Assembly (NCBI GenBank): GCA_965178125.1
Contig: OZ237771.1
Span: forward strand, 186,001-250,000
Source: Bilabrum cf. latius
Taxonomy: Eukaryota
Reading direction: 5' to 3'
Length of the DNA: 64,000 nt
Position 1 is the stretch's first letter. Every line of letters starts with the position of its first letter. This document shows, piece after piece, positions 63,201-64,000 of this stretch. The position numbers and the translations under genes were made by a program. The notes under the pieces were generated by a model. The model searched no databases. It saw nothing but the letters and a program-made list of their open reading frames with translations, and had not been told where the DNA came from.

Positions 63201-64000
63201 CTATCCCTCGGCGGCCGTGCGTCAATGATCCCGAAGCTGGTATCCTGCCCTTGCCTTGCTGATGCCTGTTGCTGGCGTGCCTAGTAGGACTCAGCCCGTG
63301 GCGTTCGCTGCTGCCGGCTTCTTGGTGCCTGAGTGCCTGCCTTCTATTACCCTTCCCGCTACCTCCGCTGCGAGTAATCATCCCAGCACCACTGGTGGCC
63401 TGTCGGTCCCGTCCAGGGTAAGGGGAAGGCTCGGAGGAGGACTCGGAGTCGGAAAGCGAGCCGTCGGTGTCGTCTGGTTCTCTGGCGTACAGAGGGGTTG
63501 GGGGTGCACCGCCATGCATTGCACCCCGTCCCTGCGAGTTGGCTCGTCGGGAGATGCCGCGGCTATGGCCACCCTAGTTCCTCATCGTGCCCTTGCCCTT
63601 GCCCCTGCCTTCGTCCCTGCCCCTGCCCCTGCCCCTGCTGCTTCTGCTTCTGCGTGTCTTCGATGCCCACACGTCCGCATCTAGCCCTCTCTTCAGATCC
63701 ACAGGCAGCGGCCTGGATGATAGGTGGTGAAGGGAGGAATACAGCCCAGGGCTCGTGTGGAAGTTGCCGGTGTGCGGGTTATGGCGGATGGCTCTCGCGC
63801 GCCAGTACTCCACCGAGCTCATCACCTAGCCGCGGAAGAACCGCCAGTGCGCAGAACCGTCCGGTGGGGCGTGGTGAAAGGTGCCGATCAGTCCGTTGCG
63901 GCAATTGAGAAACTGCGATGGTGGGCAAAGCGGGAGGTGGGCAAGCCGACAGGAGTGGCGCATTGGGAATCCATAGATGTGCTCCACTATGGGAAGATGC
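54295..64000 (-). CDS. Very large (>3,230 aa) mostly low-complexity protein with C-terminal CAMK-group-like Ser/Thr kinase domain; 5' end lies beyond the window; needs TAG read as sense
   Basis: Ten ORF-track pieces in one frame, separated only by 12 TAGs (63826, 63574, 62305, 61912, 61159, 60412, 60325, 59059, 59056, 58327, 57934, 57556); TGA 54295-54297. Kinase motifs LGDGGYAKV, VAVK, REV, LVMECVTGGTL, HGDLKPEN, DFG, GTQGYIAPE, DCWALGV at ~54360-55600. Confidence 0.85.

Noticed and set aside
1-64000. Interpreting the in-frame TAGs as pseudogenisation, RIP-like CpA mutation or random sequencing error
   Set aside because: Those processes would also create TAA, TGA and frameshifts. None occur in the intact genes, single-copy genes are equally affected, and TAG positions are shared between paralogues.
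1-64000. Pyrrolysine insertion or A-to-I editing (UAG to Trp) as the explanation
   Set aside because: TAGs align with Gln (sometimes Glu) and never with Trp in the comparisons made, and they occur in all gene types at ordinary positions.
1-64000. tRNA (including a suppressor tRNA-Gln CUA), rRNA or other ncRNA genes
   Set aside because: None recognised by eye; a covariance-model scan would be needed to exclude them.

Overview
GC-rich, gene-dense eukaryotic nuclear DNA, most likely from a protist (the taxon cannot be fixed from the sequence). The fragmented ORF track is an artefact of the standard genetic code. In every real gene the consecutive ORF pieces share one frame and are separated only by TAG (about 65 in-frame TAGs by hand count, no internal TAA or TGA), and every intact gene whose end is visible stops at TGA. 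TAG swaps with CAG/CAA between paralogues and sits at Gln positions of motifs, so this genome appears to read UAG as Gln with no sign of UAA being sense. Read this way, the window holds: a secreted FG-GAP repeat protein (<1-2657, -); a small 2-TM protein; a 1,896-aa TAF5-like WD40 protein; a PQQ-type beta-propeller membrane protein; a ~4,470-aa FG-GAP + REJ + GPS polycystin-1-like receptor present as a tail-to-tail inverted pair plus a third truncated paralogue; and a >3,200-aa protein with a C-terminal CAMK-like kinase. The second receptor copy is split by a 7,001-bp, TSD-less, non-autonomous tyrosine-recombinase-type retroelement (Ngaro/PAT/TOC1-like) with split direct repeats, an RT remnant and two tandem arrays. 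A dispersed 11-mer, TGTGACGAGTG, is strongly over-represented inside coding DNA regardless of frame or strand.
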